DNA of 56,732 nucleotides from an uncultured Clostridia bacterium (GTDB taxonomy: Bacteria > Bacillota > Clostridia > TANB77 > CAG-508). Below, piece by piece: positions 38,016 through 49,800 of this stretch. The DNA is taken from assembly GCA_944393485.1 (NCBI GenBank), contig CALYAJ010000002.1, positions 1 through 56,732 of the forward strand, given 5' to 3'. The notes under the pieces are model-generated. The model saw only the letters and a list, made by a program, of their open reading frames with translations, made no database searches and was not told where the DNA came from. Both the position numbers and the translations under genes were made by a program. The number at the start of each line of letters is the position of its first letter. The first letter of the stretch is position 1.

Positions 38016-38507
38016 TTATAATATAACATCATAGCGGTTTTTATATACCATTACATCTATGTTTTCACCTACTTTATAAATATCATCTATGTAATAAAGG
38101 CTTTTTACTTTTTTTCCATTAATATCAACAATTAAATAATGTCTGGTTGAAAATTCTGTATTGAATTGGCTTTTTATTTTTATAATTGTACCTATTTCTT
38201 TATGACCATTTGCAAAAACTTTTTTTCTATTAATATAGTAATCTAATATTCGAACAACTCCAGATAATATTCCTATAGATACTAAAATCATAATAATAAA
38301 TAATATTACAAATATTATTATATATACTTCATTATTATTGAAAAATAGAAATTTAGACATATTGTAAATCAATATAGCCATTAATATGTAAGCTATATAA
38401 ATCTCCACTCCATCTAATATTACATTTAAATTCACAAATTTTTTTGATGAAGCAATTACTCCTATTATTATATATAATACTATTAAAACAATTACTAGAA
38501 TTTTCAT
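38016..38507 (-). CDS. Membrane protein
   Basis: Three N-terminal TM helices plus a soluble C-terminal domain. Confidence 0.5.
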   Translation of the reverse strand: MKILVIVLIVLYIIIGVIASSKKFVNLNVILDGVEIYIAYILMAILIYNMSKFLFFNNNEVYIIIFVILFIIMILVSIGILSGVVRILDYYINRKKVFANGHKEIGTIIKIKSQFNTEFSTRHYLIVDINGKKVKSLYYIDDIYKVGENIDVMVYKNRYDVIL

Positions 38508-38530
38508 TTTTCCTCCAATTTTATCTTTTG

Positions 38531-39103
38531 TTAAATTCGTTTTTGTAGTTCTAATTCTAAATTTTCTATTATTTTACAAATTATATCTTCTCTGCAATAT
38601 TTCTGATTAGTTTCTTTATATAAAGATGTAGCAATATCTACAATTTCGTCTGAAAATTCATTTTCATTAACATTAAATCCAATTCCAATAAATATTTCTT
38701 TTACCTGTTCTTTAATTGTTGTAGTTTCAGTTAAAATCCCACATATTTTTTTATTATTTAATAATAAATCATTTGGCATTTTTATTTCTAAATTTATATT
38801 ATATAAATCTTTAATTGCTTTTTTAATATTTTCTGCGATTGCATAAGTAAAACCTTCTAATTTGCTTAAATTAATTTTTGGCTTTAAGATTATTGTCATT
38901 GCTATATTATTTTCTTTAGTATGCCAAATTCTTCCATGTGTTCCTTTCCCACTTGTTTGAACATCTGCTATAATTATACTTCCATCTTTATATTTTTCTA
39001 CATTTCTCTTGGCTTCTGTTTGTGTTGAATCTATTTCTTTAAAAAAATGTAGATCTTTTCCAATATATTTAGTTTTTGCATTTTGTATTTTTTCTATTTC
39101 CAC
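38531..39103 (-). CDS. birA: Biotin--protein ligase catalytic domain (short, no HTH, short C-terminus)
   Basis: QTSGKGTHGRIWHT corresponds to the GRGRxGRxW motif. Only 190 aa. Confidence 0.6.
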   Translation of the reverse strand: MEIEKIQNAKTKYIGKDLHFFKEIDSTQTEAKRNVEKYKDGSIIIADVQTSGKGTHGRIWHTKENNIAMTIILKPKINLSKLEGFTYAIAENIKKAIKDLYNINLEIKMPNDLLLNNKKICGILTETTTIKEQVKEIFIGIGFNVNENEFSDEIVDIATSLYKETNQKYCREDIICKIIENLELELQKRI

Positions 39104-39115
39104 TAAAATATCTCC

Positions 39116-39967
39116 TTATAGTATTATATCTCTTTTTAATAAATTATTTTTTACAGTTCCTGTTCCTATAAATTTATTATCTACATATATTTTATATAAT
39201 CCATTTTCATTTTGTACAGTTAATTGCACACCATTTAAAAATAAATTTAGCTTTTTAGAACTAAGATTTAATATTGGAGTTTCTTTTAATATGTCTTCTA
39301 ATGTATATAAATATTTATCATAATTTTCAATATTAACCTCATCTATTTTTATTGCACAATCTATATTAAATTCTCCAACTTGTAATCTTTTTAAATTTTT
39401 CATATATCCTACAGTGTTTAATTTTTCTGCAATATCTTCACATAAACTCCTTATATATGTACCTTTTGAGCAACTTACTATAAATTTAATATTATTTTCT
39501 TTATAATTTATTAATTCTATTTTATATATTTCAATTTTTCTAGGTTCTACTTCTACTTTTTCGCCTTTTCTTGCATATTCATATAACTTTTTGCCATTCT
39601 TTTTTATTGCAGAATACATCGGAGGAATTTGTTCTTGCTTTCCTATAAAATCTTCTAAGACCTTAGTTAAATTTTGTTTTATATATTCTGTATCAACACT
39701 TTTTTCTTCTATTATTTTTCCTTCAATATCTGCAGTATCAGTTTTTTTACCTAATTCTATTTGGGCCTCATAAATTTTATCATGATTTATTAAATATTTA
39801 GAAAATTTGGTTCCTTTACCTATTAAAATAGGTAAAACACCTGTTGCATTAGGATCAAGTGTACCTGTATGACCTACTTTTGAAATATTTAATTTTTTCT
39901 TCAATTTTGCTACAACATCATGCGATGTATATCCTTTTTCTTTGTTTATTACTATAATTCCATCCAT
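39116..39967 (-). CDS. truB: tRNA pseudouridine(55) synthase
   Basis: GHTGTLDPNATGVLPI. Confidence 0.9.
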   Translation of the reverse strand: MDGIIVINKEKGYTSHDVVAKLKKKLNISKVGHTGTLDPNATGVLPILIGKGTKFSKYLINHDKIYEAQIELGKKTDTADIEGKIIEEKSVDTEYIKQNLTKVLEDFIGKQEQIPPMYSAIKKNGKKLYEYARKGEKVEVEPRKIEIYKIELINYKENNIKFIVSCSKGTYIRSLCEDIAEKLNTVGYMKNLKRLQVGEFNIDCAIKIDEVNIENYDKYLYTLEDILKETPILNLSSKKLNLFLNGVQLTVQNENGLYKIYVDNKFIGTGTVKNNLLKRDIIL

Positions 39968-39993
39968 ATTTAACCTCTTTATAATTAAAAAAA

Positions 39994-40022
39994 TGAACTT
40001 TAAGGACCGTCCCTAAAGTTCA
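39994..40022. repeat. REP-like palindrome, copy b (form A)
   Basis: tgaactttaaggaccgtccctaaagttca. Confidence 0.9.
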
Positions 40023-40050
40023 AATCAGGAAAAAGGACAGTCCCAAATCC

Positions 40051-41007
40051 CTATTTTAATACTTTTCTTATTGCACTTACTAATGTATTTTTTATTTGTT
40101 CTGGTGTACCTGCTAACTTGCATCCTGCTGCTCTAATATGACCTCCACCACCAAACAATATTGCTATATCTGATACATTTACATAGTTATTAGAACGTAA
40201 TGAGATTTTATAAGTTTTATCTTCTCTTTGACGTAAGAAAACTGAAACTTCTACTCCTTCAATATCTCTTCCTTGTTCTACAATTCCTTCATGATCTCCT
40301 GGCTCTGCCTTAACATCTTCTTCATCCTGTTTTGTTATATATGTAAATGCAATTTTTCCATCTTCTAAAAATTCCAATCTATTCATTGCAATTCTTGATA
40401 ATTCAAAACTTGATCTTGTACGAATTTGAAAAGCTTTTTTATATACATCTGAAACATTAACTCCTGTTTGTAATAACCATGCTACAAATTGAAATGTTTC
40501 TGCTGATACGCCTTGATATTTAAATCCACCTGTATCTGTTATAATTCCTGTTAATAGACAAGAACCAATGATTTTGTCTATTTTTACTTTTAAAGCTTCT
40601 AATACTATTATTAATATTTGAGCACATGCAGGTGATGCTGGATCTACATAGTTGTAGTCTCCAAACATTCCATTTTTAGCATGATGATCAATATTTATAG
40701 TAGTTTTAGCTTCCTCAAAATAATTTCTCCAGCCATTTAATCTTTCAATTGTTGCACAATCTACTGCAATCGCTAAATCATAATTTTTATTAGTTCCTTC
40801 TTTTTTTATTTCATCTGCTCCTGCTAAGAATTCAAAATTTCTAGGGCATTCCGGAATTATTACATCTGGATTTTTTCCTAATTGTTTTAAAGCATTATAC
40901 ATAGCTAGAGCGCTACCTATTGCATCTCCATCAGGCGTTTCATGTGTTAGTACAACTATGCTTTCCGCTTTTTTAATTTCTTCCACAATATTTTCTAAAG
41001 TTGTCAT
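40051..41007 (-). CDS. nrnA: DHH/DHHA1 phosphoesterase (NrnA-type)
   Basis: HETPDGDAIGS, NIDHH, and GGGGHIRAAG. Confidence 0.8.
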   Translation of the reverse strand: MTTLENIVEEIKKAESIVVLTHETPDGDAIGSALAMYNALKQLGKNPDVIIPECPRNFEFLAGADEIKKEGTNKNYDLAIAVDCATIERLNGWRNYFEEAKTTINIDHHAKNGMFGDYNYVDPASPACAQILIIVLEALKVKIDKIIGSCLLTGIITDTGGFKYQGVSAETFQFVAWLLQTGVNVSDVYKKAFQIRTRSSFELSRIAMNRLEFLEDGKIAFTYITKQDEEDVKAEPGDHEGIVEQGRDIEGVEVSVFLRQREDKTYKISLRSNNYVNVSDIAILFGGGGHIRAAGCKLAGTPEQIKNTLVSAIRKVLK

Positions 41008-41009
41008 AG

Positions 41010-41387
41010 CTATTCTCCTTTATTCTCTGGTTTAATATCTTTTATGACTTCTTTTAGAATTGTATCTATTTTAGAACCATATTCTATTGAATCATCAAAA
41101 ATAAATATAATTTCTGGAGTTGTACGTAAATTAACTCTTTTTGCTACTTCTGTTCTAACAAATCCTGCAGACTTTTTAAGTGCTGCAAGGACTTGTTTAT
41201 TATCTTTTGCATTTAGCATACTTACATATACTTTTGCATATTTTAAATCTCCACTAACTTTTACTTTTGTTACACTTATTAAACCTGTTATATTTGGATC
41301 TTTTAAGTCATAAGTAATTATATTACTTATAACCTTTTTTAATTCTTCGTCAACTCTACCCATTCGGTTTTCTTTTCTATTAGGCAT
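41010..41387 (-). CDS. rbfA: Ribosome-binding factor A
   Basis: Position after infB, size, and the R..RV.EELKKVIS pattern. Confidence 0.85.
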   Translation of the reverse strand: MPNRKENRMGRVDEELKKVISNIITYDLKDPNITGLISVTKVKVSGDLKYAKVYVSMLNAKDNKQVLAALKKSAGFVRTEVAKRVNLRTTPEIIFIFDDSIEYGSKIDTILKEVIKDIKPENKGE

Positions 41388-41405
41388 ATTTACCTCCTTT
41401 GAATA

Positions 41406-44291
41406 TTATCTTTTAACTTCTTCCATTATAAATGCTTCGATAATATCTCCTTCTTTTATGTCATTATAATTTTCTATTTGCATACCACATTCAAAACCTT
41501 TATTAACTTCTTTAGCATCATCTTTAAATCTCTTTAATGAAGCTAATTTTCCTTCGTGTATTACAACTTCATCACGGATTACACGAACACCTGCATTTCT
41601 TTCTATTTTTCCTGTTAATACAAATGCTCCTCCAATTGTTCCTACACTTGAAATTCTAAATGTTTGTCTTATTTCAGCTGTTCCAATTAATTTTTCAACA
41701 TATTTTGGATCTAACATACCTTTCATAGCAGTTTCAACATCTTCTATTGCTTGATATATTACAGAATATTGTTTAATTTCTACATTATCTTTTTCAGCTT
41801 GTATCTTAGCTGTTGGAACAGGTCTTACATTAAATGCAATAATAATAGCATTTGAGACATTTGCAAGTGTTACATCAGATTCTGTAACAGCACCTACTGC
41901 TGAATGTATAACTTTTACTCTTACTTCTTCATTACTTAATTTTTCCATAGATTGTTTAACAGCTTCAACTGTTCCTTGAACATCTGCTTTTATAATTAAG
42001 TTTAATTGTTTTAATTTACCTTCTTCCATTTGGCTAAATAAATTATCCAAAGTAACTTTATTAACTTGATTAATTGATTTTTCTCTCGCTTGTCTTTTTC
42101 TTCTTTCTATTAGGTGTTTAGCCATTTTTTCATCTTTTACTTCATAGAAAGTTTCTCCAGCTTCTGGAACTTCTGTAAGTCCCATAACTTCAACTGGCAT
42201 TGATGGTCCAGCCTTTTTAACTTTTTGACCTTTATAATTTCTCATAGCTCTAATTCTTCCTATAGAAGAACCTACAACTATTGTATCTCCAACATCTAAA
42301 GTTCCTCTTTGTACTAGAAGTGATGCTACAGGTCCTTTAGATTTATCAAGTCTTGCTTCTATTACTGCTCCTTTAGCTTGTTTATTAGGATTTACTTTTA
42401 AGTCTAACATGTCTGCTTCTAATAAAACCATTTCTAATAATTGGTCTATATTTTGATGAGTTTTAGCAGATATTGGAACATAAATTGTATCTCCTCCCCA
42501 TTCTTCTGGAACCAATTCATATTTCATTAATTCTTCTTTAACTTTTTCTACATTTGCTCCTGGTAAATCTATTTTGTTTATAGCAACAATAATTGGAATA
42601 TTAGCTGCTTTTGCGTGATTTATTGCTTCTACTGTTTGTGGCATAACTCCATCATTTGCAGCAACAACCAATATTGCAATATCTGTAATTTGAGCACCTC
42701 TTGCACGCATACTTGTAAATGCTTCATGTCCTGGTGTATCTAAAAATGTTATATCTCTACCATTTACTTTTACTTGATAAGCACCAATATGTTGTGTAAT
42801 TCCTCCAGCTTCACCTTCTATAACATTTGTAGAACGAATAGCATCAAGAAGTGATGTTTTACCATGGTCTACGTGTCCCATAACAACTATTACAGGTGCT
42901 CTTGGAACTAAATCTTCTTCTTTATCTTCTGATTCATCAAATAAAATATCTTCTTCTTTAACAACATTCTTCTTATTAGCTGTTACTCCAAATTCTTGTG
43001 CTACTAAATAAGCTGTATCAAAATCTATATCATTATTAATTGTTGCCATTATTCCATAGCTTAACAATTTTTTAATAACTTCACTACTAGTCTTTTTAAG
43101 TTCTGCAGCTAAATCTTTAACAGAGATTGTTTCTGGTATTGTTATTTCTGTAAGTTTAAATATTTTTTGCTTTGATTCTGCTGGCTTTTGATTTTTATTA
43201 TTTTTCTTTTTATTACGTTTTCCTCTAGTTGTAGATAAATCATAATAATCCAACATTCCACCATCTTGCTCTGTAAACATTGTAGATAAGCTACTAGCTT
43301 GTTTTAAGTCTTGTAGTTTCTTTTCGTTTATATCTTCATCAGTAAATCTCTTGCTTGCTTTAGCAGACTTTTTACTTCTATTTTCTTCATATTTATTATT
43401 TTTTTGCTTATCTATAGATTTATTATATTCCCTTACATTTTCTTTTTCTGTAACTTCAGAAGCCATAATATTTTTAATATTTTTTTCTATGGCCTTTTCG
43501 TCCATTGGTCTTGGAACTCTAGAGAAGTTATTATTTTTATAATTTACATTTTGATTATTTTTGTAGTTATTATTTCTATTGTTATAACCTTCTCTATTGT
43601 TATTATTTCTGAAGTTTCTATTATTATCTCTTCTATTATAATTATTATTTCTTTTAAAATCTTCTTTTTTATTATTATTTTCTATTTCTTTTACTGTTTT
43701 TGTTTTTTGTAACTCTACCATACTCTCTCTTTCACTTTTTTCTAAATTTTTATTTTCTTCCTTTACAGGTTCAACTTCTTTTTCTTCTACAATTTTTTCT
43801 TCTTTCTTAACTTCTTTAACTTTTTCTTCTGTTTTTGCTTTAGGTTTTGGCTCTTCTTTTTTCTTTATTCCAAACAATTCTTCAACTGTTAATGGTTTTG
43901 TTTGTTTATTTCTGTATACAATATTAAAATCCTTATTTTTGTTTCTTTCTACAAAACCTAATTGTTTTTCTCTTTCACGTTGTTTTTTTACTTTTTCTTC
44001 TTCTTCCTTTTTGTTAAGTTCTTCATCTGAAATAATAACTTCTCTTCTTATTATTACAGGTTCATCTTTTTTTAAATCATTTTTATCTTTTTTTACTGTT
44101 TTTTCTTTTTTATTATTTTTAGCTTTTCCTGTTTCATCTTTTAATGCTTTTTCGATTTTTTCTGCTTCTTCATCTGTTACTGCACTTAGATGGCTTTTTA
44201 CATCTATCTTTAGGCTTTGTGCTTTATCCAATACTTCTTTACTTGCAAGACCTAATTTTTTGGCTATTTCGTGTATTTTTATTTTACCCAA
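41406..44291 (-). CDS. infB: Translation initiation factor IF-2
   Basis: G domain [24 protein letters not shown]. Long Lys/Glu/Asn-rich N-terminal region. Start proposed at TTG 44291 ([24 protein letters not shown]); the track start at 44309 is also possible. Confidence 0.92.
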   Translation of the reverse strand: MGKIKIHEIAKKLGLASKEVLDKAQSLKIDVKSHLSAVTDEEAEKIEKALKDETGKAKNNKKEKTVKKDKNDLKKDEPVIIRREVIISDEELNKKEEEEKVKKQREREKQLGFVERNKNKDFNIVYRNKQTKPLTVEELFGIKKKEEPKPKAKTEEKVKEVKKEEKIVEEKEVEPVKEENKNLEKSERESMVELQKTKTVKEIENNNKKEDFKRNNNYNRRDNNRNFRNNNNREGYNNRNNNYKNNQNVNYKNNNFSRVPRPMDEKAIEKNIKNIMASEVTEKENVREYNKSIDKQKNNKYEENRSKKSAKASKRFTDEDINEKKLQDLKQASSLSTMFTEQDGGMLDYYDLSTTRGKRNKKKNNKNQKPAESKQKIFKLTEITIPETISVKDLAAELKKTSSEVIKKLLSYGIMATINNDIDFDTAYLVAQEFGVTANKKNVVKEEDILFDESEDKEEDLVPRAPVIVVMGHVDHGKTSLLDAIRSTNVIEGEAGGITQHIGAYQVKVNGRDITFLDTPGHEAFTSMRARGAQITDIAILVVAANDGVMPQTVEAINHAKAANIPIIVAINKIDLPGANVEKVKEELMKYELVPEEWGGDTIYVPISAKTHQNIDQLLEMVLLEADMLDLKVNPNKQAKGAVIEARLDKSKGPVASLLVQRGTLDVGDTIVVGSSIGRIRAMRNYKGQKVKKAGPSMPVEVMGLTEVPEAGETFYEVKDEKMAKHLIERRKRQAREKSINQVNKVTLDNLFSQMEEGKLKQLNLIIKADVQGTVEAVKQSMEKLSNEEVRVKVIHSAVGAVTESDVTLANVSNAIIIAFNVRPVPTAKIQAEKDNVEIKQYSVIYQAIEDVETAMKGMLDPKYVEKLIGTAEIRQTFRISSVGTIGGAFVLTGKIERNAGVRVIRDEVVIHEGKLASLKRFKDDAKEVNKGFECGMQIENYNDIKEGDIIEAFIMEEVKR

Positions 44292-44601
44292 TAGCTTCAC
44301 CCCCATCAATGATTTTTTCTATTCCTTTAACTATATTTATATCTTTAATTCCTATAATTGCTCTGTTTTTCTCACCTATTGCATTGCTTAATTCATCTAT
44401 TTTTCCCATAAATATAATTGGAATATTGTATTTATTTGCATAAAATTTATAATTTTTCTTGGTTTTCTCTGAAGCTTCTTCAGATATAATTAACATTTTT
44501 ACTTTTTTTAGTTTTAATGCATTTTCTACTGCGTTATCTCCAGATACTATATTTCTAGCCCTTGTAGCTAATCCAAGTAAATTTAAAATTTTATTATTCA
44601 C
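44284..44601 (-). CDS. ylxQ: L7Ae-family RNA-binding protein (YlxQ)
   Basis: Conserved position between ylxR and infB; ..[14 protein letters not shown]... Confidence 0.8.
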   Translation of the reverse strand: MNNKILNLLGLATRARNIVSGDNAVENALKLKKVKMLIISEEASEKTKKNYKFYANKYNIPIIFMGKIDELSNAIGEKNRAIIGIKDINIVKGIEKIIDGGEAIG

Positions 44602-44851
44602 TAATTACACCTCTTAATTCATTATATACATCTTCACTAATAGACATTTCAAAATTTCTTTCTAATGCTTTAGATTTTATGGCTTTTTCTAGGCATTCTA
44701 TATTATCACAAATATATGCTCCTCTGCCATTTGCTTTTCCAGTTCTATCTAAAGAAATTTCTCCATCTTTATTTTTTACAATTCTTATTAAATCTTTTTT
44801 ATCTTTCTTTTCTCTGCATCCTATACAAGTTCTTTGTGGTTGCTTTTTCAT
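44594..44851 (-). CDS. rnpM: YlxR/RnpM family protein (DUF448)
   Basis: PQRTCIGCREKKDKKDLIRIV and GRGAYIC. Start at M21 after AGGAAG. Confidence 0.8.
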   Translation of the reverse strand: MKKQPQRTCIGCREKKDKKDLIRIVKNKDGEISLDRTGKANGRGAYICDNIECLEKAIKSKALERNFEMSISEDVYNELRGVISE

Positions 44852-44882
44852 TTTAACACTTCCTTTAACTTGAATATTGCTA

Positions 44883-46034
44883 TTACTCTTCAGAATCAGT
44901 GTTTGAATCATTATTTTCCATTTCTGCTTGTCTTTCTTCTAGTATTTTTCTAAATTGTGATTCTGATTTTATATCAATTTTCCAATCTGATAATCCTGTT
45001 AATTTAGCAGCTAATCTTGCATTTTGTCCAGATTTTCCTATTGCTAAAGATAATTGATCATCTGGCACGATTACTTGTGCAATTTTTGTATCTTCATTTA
45101 TATCTACTGCCATTACTTGTGCTGGTAATAATGCTGAAGAAATATATGTTGATAAATCAGCGTTCCATTCTATAACATCTATTTTTTCACCATTTAATTC
45201 ATTTATTATGTTTTGAATTCTAACTCCTTTTTGTCCTACACATGAACCAACTGGATCTATATTTTCATTTGGTGAATATACTGCAACTTTACTTCTGCTA
45301 CCTGCATCTCTTGAAACACCTTTAATTTCTATAACACCTTCATAAATTTCTGGTATTTCAAATTCAAATAATTTTCTAACAAACTCTGGACAAGCTCTTG
45401 AGATTATAACTTGTGGTACTCCTTTAGCTCCTTTTTTTACTTCTAATATATATCCTTTTATTTTATCATTTACATGATATGTTTCTGTAGGTATTTGTTC
45501 TTTAGCTGGCATAACACCTTCTACTTTTCCTAAATCCATTACTACAATATTTTGATCTGCTTTTTGGATTATACCAGAAACTATTTCACCTTTTCTTTCG
45601 CTGTATTCACTATAAATAATTTCTCTTTCAGCTTCTCTTAATTTTTGAATTATAACTTGTTTTGCTGTTTGTGCAGCAATTCTTCCAAAATTTTTTGGTA
45701 CAAGTTCTATATCTACTGTATCTCCAATTTTTACTGTTTTGTCTATTTTTTTAGCATCTTCTAAGCTAATTTGTAAAACTGGTTTTTCTACATATTCTAC
45801 AACTTCTTTTACTGCATATAAATGTGATGCTCCTGTTTCTCTATCTACTACTACTTTAACATTTTCTTGTGAATTATAATTTCTTCTATAAGCTGTTAAT
45901 AATGCTGTTTCGATTGAATCTAATAAATAATCTTTTTTTATTCCTTTCTCTTTTTCTAATTCTTGTATTGCAACAATAAGTTGTTTATTATCTATTCCTT
46001 CACCTTTCATTTTTTTCTTAATTCCTCCTACCAT
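44883..46034 (-). CDS. nusA: Transcription termination/antitermination factor NusA
   Basis: ..LEKEKGI.., S1 and KH domains. The start may instead be the ATG at 46010. Confidence 0.92.
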   Translation of the reverse strand: MVGGIKKKMKGEGIDNKQLIVAIQELEKEKGIKKDYLLDSIETALLTAYRRNYNSQENVKVVVDRETGASHLYAVKEVVEYVEKPVLQISLEDAKKIDKTVKIGDTVDIELVPKNFGRIAAQTAKQVIIQKLREAEREIIYSEYSERKGEIVSGIIQKADQNIVVMDLGKVEGVMPAKEQIPTETYHVNDKIKGYILEVKKGAKGVPQVIISRACPEFVRKLFEFEIPEIYEGVIEIKGVSRDAGSRSKVAVYSPNENIDPVGSCVGQKGVRIQNIINELNGEKIDVIEWNADLSTYISSALLPAQVMAVDINEDTKIAQVIVPDDQLSLAIGKSGQNARLAAKLTGLSDWKIDIKSESQFRKILEERQAEMENNDSNTDSEE

Positions 46035-46471
46035 TCAAATTTTATTTTTATTAACGAAATATCTTTTCTAGGTATATTAATATCATTTATTATTATGTTT
46101 TCTTCATCAAAATTTTTAAGTTCACCTGAAATTACTTTTTCTCCATTTAATGGTTTAAATAATTTTACTTCTACATTTTTTCCAATATTTTCTTTAATTT
46201 GCCAGTCTTTTCTTAATATTCTTTCAACTCCCGGTGATGATACTTCTAAGAAATATTGATCTTTTATGTAATCTTTTTCGTCTAAAACCTCTGTAATTGC
46301 ATTATTTACTTTTTCGCAATCTTCTAAACTTATTCCTTTTTCGTTATCTATAAAGATACGTAAGAAATAATCTTTTCCTTCTTTTTCGTAAATGACATCA
46401 TAAAGTTTATATCCTATCTTTTCTATTATAGGCTTTACTAATTCTTCTACATTATTTTCTATTTTAGACAA
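46028..46471 (-). CDS. rimP: Ribosome maturation factor RimP
   Basis: Position before nusA; ..YFLRIFID...LEVSSPGVER... TTG start after AGGGAGG. Confidence 0.85.
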   Translation of the reverse strand: MSKIENNVEELVKPIIEKIGYKLYDVIYEKEGKDYFLRIFIDNEKGISLEDCEKVNNAITEVLDEKDYIKDQYFLEVSSPGVERILRKDWQIKENIGKNVEVKLFKPLNGEKVISGELKNFDEENIIINDINIPRKDISLIKIKFEW

Positions 46472-46497
46472 ATATTTTACCTCCCTTTACACCTATA

Positions 46498-46524
46498 AAG
46501 AGTGGGATTTGCTCCCACTCTTTA
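46498..46524 (-). promoter_or_regulatory. Leader hairpin upstream of rimP
   Basis: aaagagtggga-tttgc-tcccactcttt (11-bp stem), 20 nt before the rimP SD. An extended -10 TGTTATAAT lies about 45 nt further upstream on the minus strand. Confidence 0.3.
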
Positions 46525-46647
46525 TGTAATGTTTTTTGCTCTATGCGTATTATATAACATATATTACCAAAAATCAAGGTTTTTTTGGAAGTTTAACACT
46601 GCAAGTCTCGCTTTTTTCAAACTTTTTTCTCATTTTTGATTTAAGTA

Positions 46648-46676
46648 TGAACTTTAGGGACGGACCTTAAAGTTCA
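46648..46676. repeat. REP-like palindrome, copy c (form B)
   Basis: tgaactttagggacggaccttaaagttca. Confidence 0.9.
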
Positions 46677-46850
46677 AATTTTATGTTAATCAGTCGTGAA
46701 CTTTATTGATAAATCTATGCTTTACATGTATTTCTATAGCATTACTTAATTTGTTATCAGAATCTTCAATTTTACATCAACCGCTATAAATAAAGCCTGT
46801 AAATCCTAAATTCCTAGGGCTTTTTAATTTTTTATATTATGTTGACCTAA

Positions 46851-46879
46851 TGAACTTTAAGGACCGTCCCTAAAGTTCA
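46851..46879. repeat. REP-like palindrome, copy d (form A), overlapping the addA 3' end
   Basis: tgaactttaaggaccgtccctaaagttca. On the minus strand it supplies ..t gaa ctt TAG, the last codons and stop of addA. Confidence 0.9.
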
Positions 46880-49800
46880 AAATTTATTGTAATGACTCTG
46901 GCAAGCCATGTTGAGTAGATATATACTTTATCTACTTTTCTATCTAACGCTTTTTCTAATGCTTTTTTGTATATTGCAAGTTGTATGTCATATTTTTCTT
47001 TTAAACTCTCTTCATCATTATTTTCTACATAATCTGTTTTATAATCTACTAAAACTAATTCGTCATTTTTGTTTATATAATATAAGTCTATTATACCTTG
47101 TACTAATATGTCTTCTTCTGATTTTACATCGTATATTTCATTTGCTTTTATATTAAAGTAAAATGGCTTTTCTTGTTCTACTAATTTTGCTTCTTTCATT
47201 TCTTTCCAAATATCTGATTTTAAAAATTCTAGTATTTTATTATAGTTCACACTTTCCGCTTCTTTGGGTAATATAATCTCTTTTTCTACTAAAGATTTTA
47301 CCATTCTTTTTAATTTTTCTAAATCATATTCTTCTTTATGATTTAATTTTTGTAAGCATAAGTGCATTATTGTACCTTTTTCTGCTCCTGTTAGCTCTGT
47401 TTTTTCTATTAAGAAATTAGGTTTTGCAAAACTTACTTCTTGATTGTGATTATGATTTTGATTATAATTTTGCCTTTGTTTATTATTCTTTAATTCCTTT
47501 ATTTTAGAAACTGAAAGTTCACTTGGTAATTCTACAGATTCTTCATATTTATATTTCCATTCTAATTCTTGTTTAATTTTATCCATATTTTCTTTTGATG
47601 TAGCTCTATTTTTAATTTCTTTTAATATATCTATATCGCTTTCTTTTTCTTCTGCTTTATCTTTTAATATATCTTTTTTGTTTATTATATTAAATTTCAT
47701 AATATCTTTATCTTTGTTTTTTAGATATACTAATTCAATCCAATCTATATAAGATTTATATTTTGCAACTAAGCTTGGATTCATTTTGTTTTCTGTAGAG
47801 TCTTTATAAATTTCTAACTCTTTTTGTTTACTGTCTATTGAATCATTTACATCTTTTTCTATTCCTGTTATAACTAATTTTTCTTTTGCTCTTGTTAATG
47901 CAACATATAAAACTCTCATTTCTTCTGCTAATATTTCTCTTTTACTTACTATTTTTATTGCTTCTTTAGCAAGTGTTGGATATTCTATTTTCTTCTCGTA
48001 ATTTGTATATATTGGACCTAATCCAATATCTTGATGTAATAATACTTTTTTATTTAAATCTTGCATATTAAACTTTTTGCCAGTACTACTTAAAAATACT
48101 ACAGGAAATTCTAGTCCTTTGCTTTTATGGATACTCATTATTCTAATAACATCTTCATTTTCTCCAATAATTTTTGCTGAACCTAAATCACCACTACTTA
48201 ATCTTAGTTTATCTATAAAATTTATAAAATTAAATAATCCCTTAAAAGATGCACTTTCATATTGTTTTGCTCTTTCAAATAACATTTTTAAATTAGCTTG
48301 TCTTAATTTACCATTTTGCATTAAGCCAACATAATTATAATATCCTGTATCTAAATAAATTTTCCAAATAAGTTCATCTAAGTTTAAATATTCATTTGCT
48401 TCTCTCCAATTTTCTATTTTTTCTAGAAAATTATTTATCTTTATTCTTAATTCTTCACTTACTTGTACTTGAGCTTTTAAAATACTTTCATAAAAATTAC
48501 AATTTTTGTCTGCAAGTCTTATTTCTATTAAATCATTATCTGTAAATCCACCAATCATAGATCTCATAACTGTTACAAGTGGTATATCTTGCATTGGATT
48601 ATCTATTATTTTTAATACAGAAATTATTGTTTGTATTTCTACAGAATTTAAATATTCTGATGATGTATCACTAAAAACTGGCATTCCTAAATCTGCAATT
48701 TCTTTTTCGTAAATTGGTGCAAGTGTTGCAGTTGATCTTAATAAAACTACAATATCTTTATATGTAATTTTTCTATATCCTTGTTTTTTATCGAAGACAT
48801 AGTAATTGCTATTAATTAGCTCTTGTATTTTTTTAGCTACATATTTGGCTTCTAATATAGAATCTTCTATTCTTTCATTGTTTTCTGTATCTTCTGTTTC
48901 TTCTTCTATTTGATTTTTGTTTAAATTTATTACATCTATTTCTGTTTTTCCAGCAAAATCTACATTTTCTATATCAGGATAATTTGCACCTAGATTTAAA
49001 TATTCATCTTCATTATATTCTACATCACCTAATTTTTTACTCATTATTTCTTGGAATACTAAATTAGATGTACTTAGAATATTTTCTCTGCTTCTAAAGT
49101 TTTTAAAAAGTTGAATTTTTAAATCATCATTTTCATTTTTATCTTTTTTTAGTTTATATTTTTCGTATTTGCTTAAAAATAATTCTGGCATTGCTTGTCT
49201 AAATTTATATATACTTTGCTTTACATCTCCAACCATGAAGATATTGTTTCCTTTAGATATTGAAGTTAAAATATATTCTTGAACCATATTACTGTCTTGA
49301 TATTCATCTATAGCAATTTCTTCAAATTTATCTTTATATTTTTTTGCAACTTCTGTTGGTACATATTTTCCGTCTTCTTCTTTAATTAAAATTTTTAAAG
49401 CTAAATGTTCTATATCATTAAAATCTATTACATTTCTTTCCAACTTTACTTTGCTATATGCTTCTTCAAATTCTAATACTACTTTTTTTAATAAATTAAG
49501 TATTTCATATACTTCTTGCAAATCTTGTACAGCTTCTTTTGATGTATATATAAAAATCTTGTCTTTAATTCCTTTAAATTTTTTATTAATTTTATCTCTT
49601 TTTTCTTTTGCTTCATCTTTAATATTTGATTGTATTTTTCTATCAACTGGCCATTTTGTAAAAGAAAAGCTTTGACTTAATTCATAAACTTTATCCCAAG
49701 AATCCAAGTTTGATTTTAATAATTCTAAATTTTCTAAATCCAATCTTATAACTTGTGAAAATTTTTCAAGTTCAGGATTTGAATCTAAATCTTTTTTTAC

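Noticed and set aside
43300-44100. Repetitive A/T-rich stretch in infB.
   Set aside because: It encodes the usual low-complexity Lys/Glu/Asn-rich N-terminal region of IF-2 and is not an independent repeat element.
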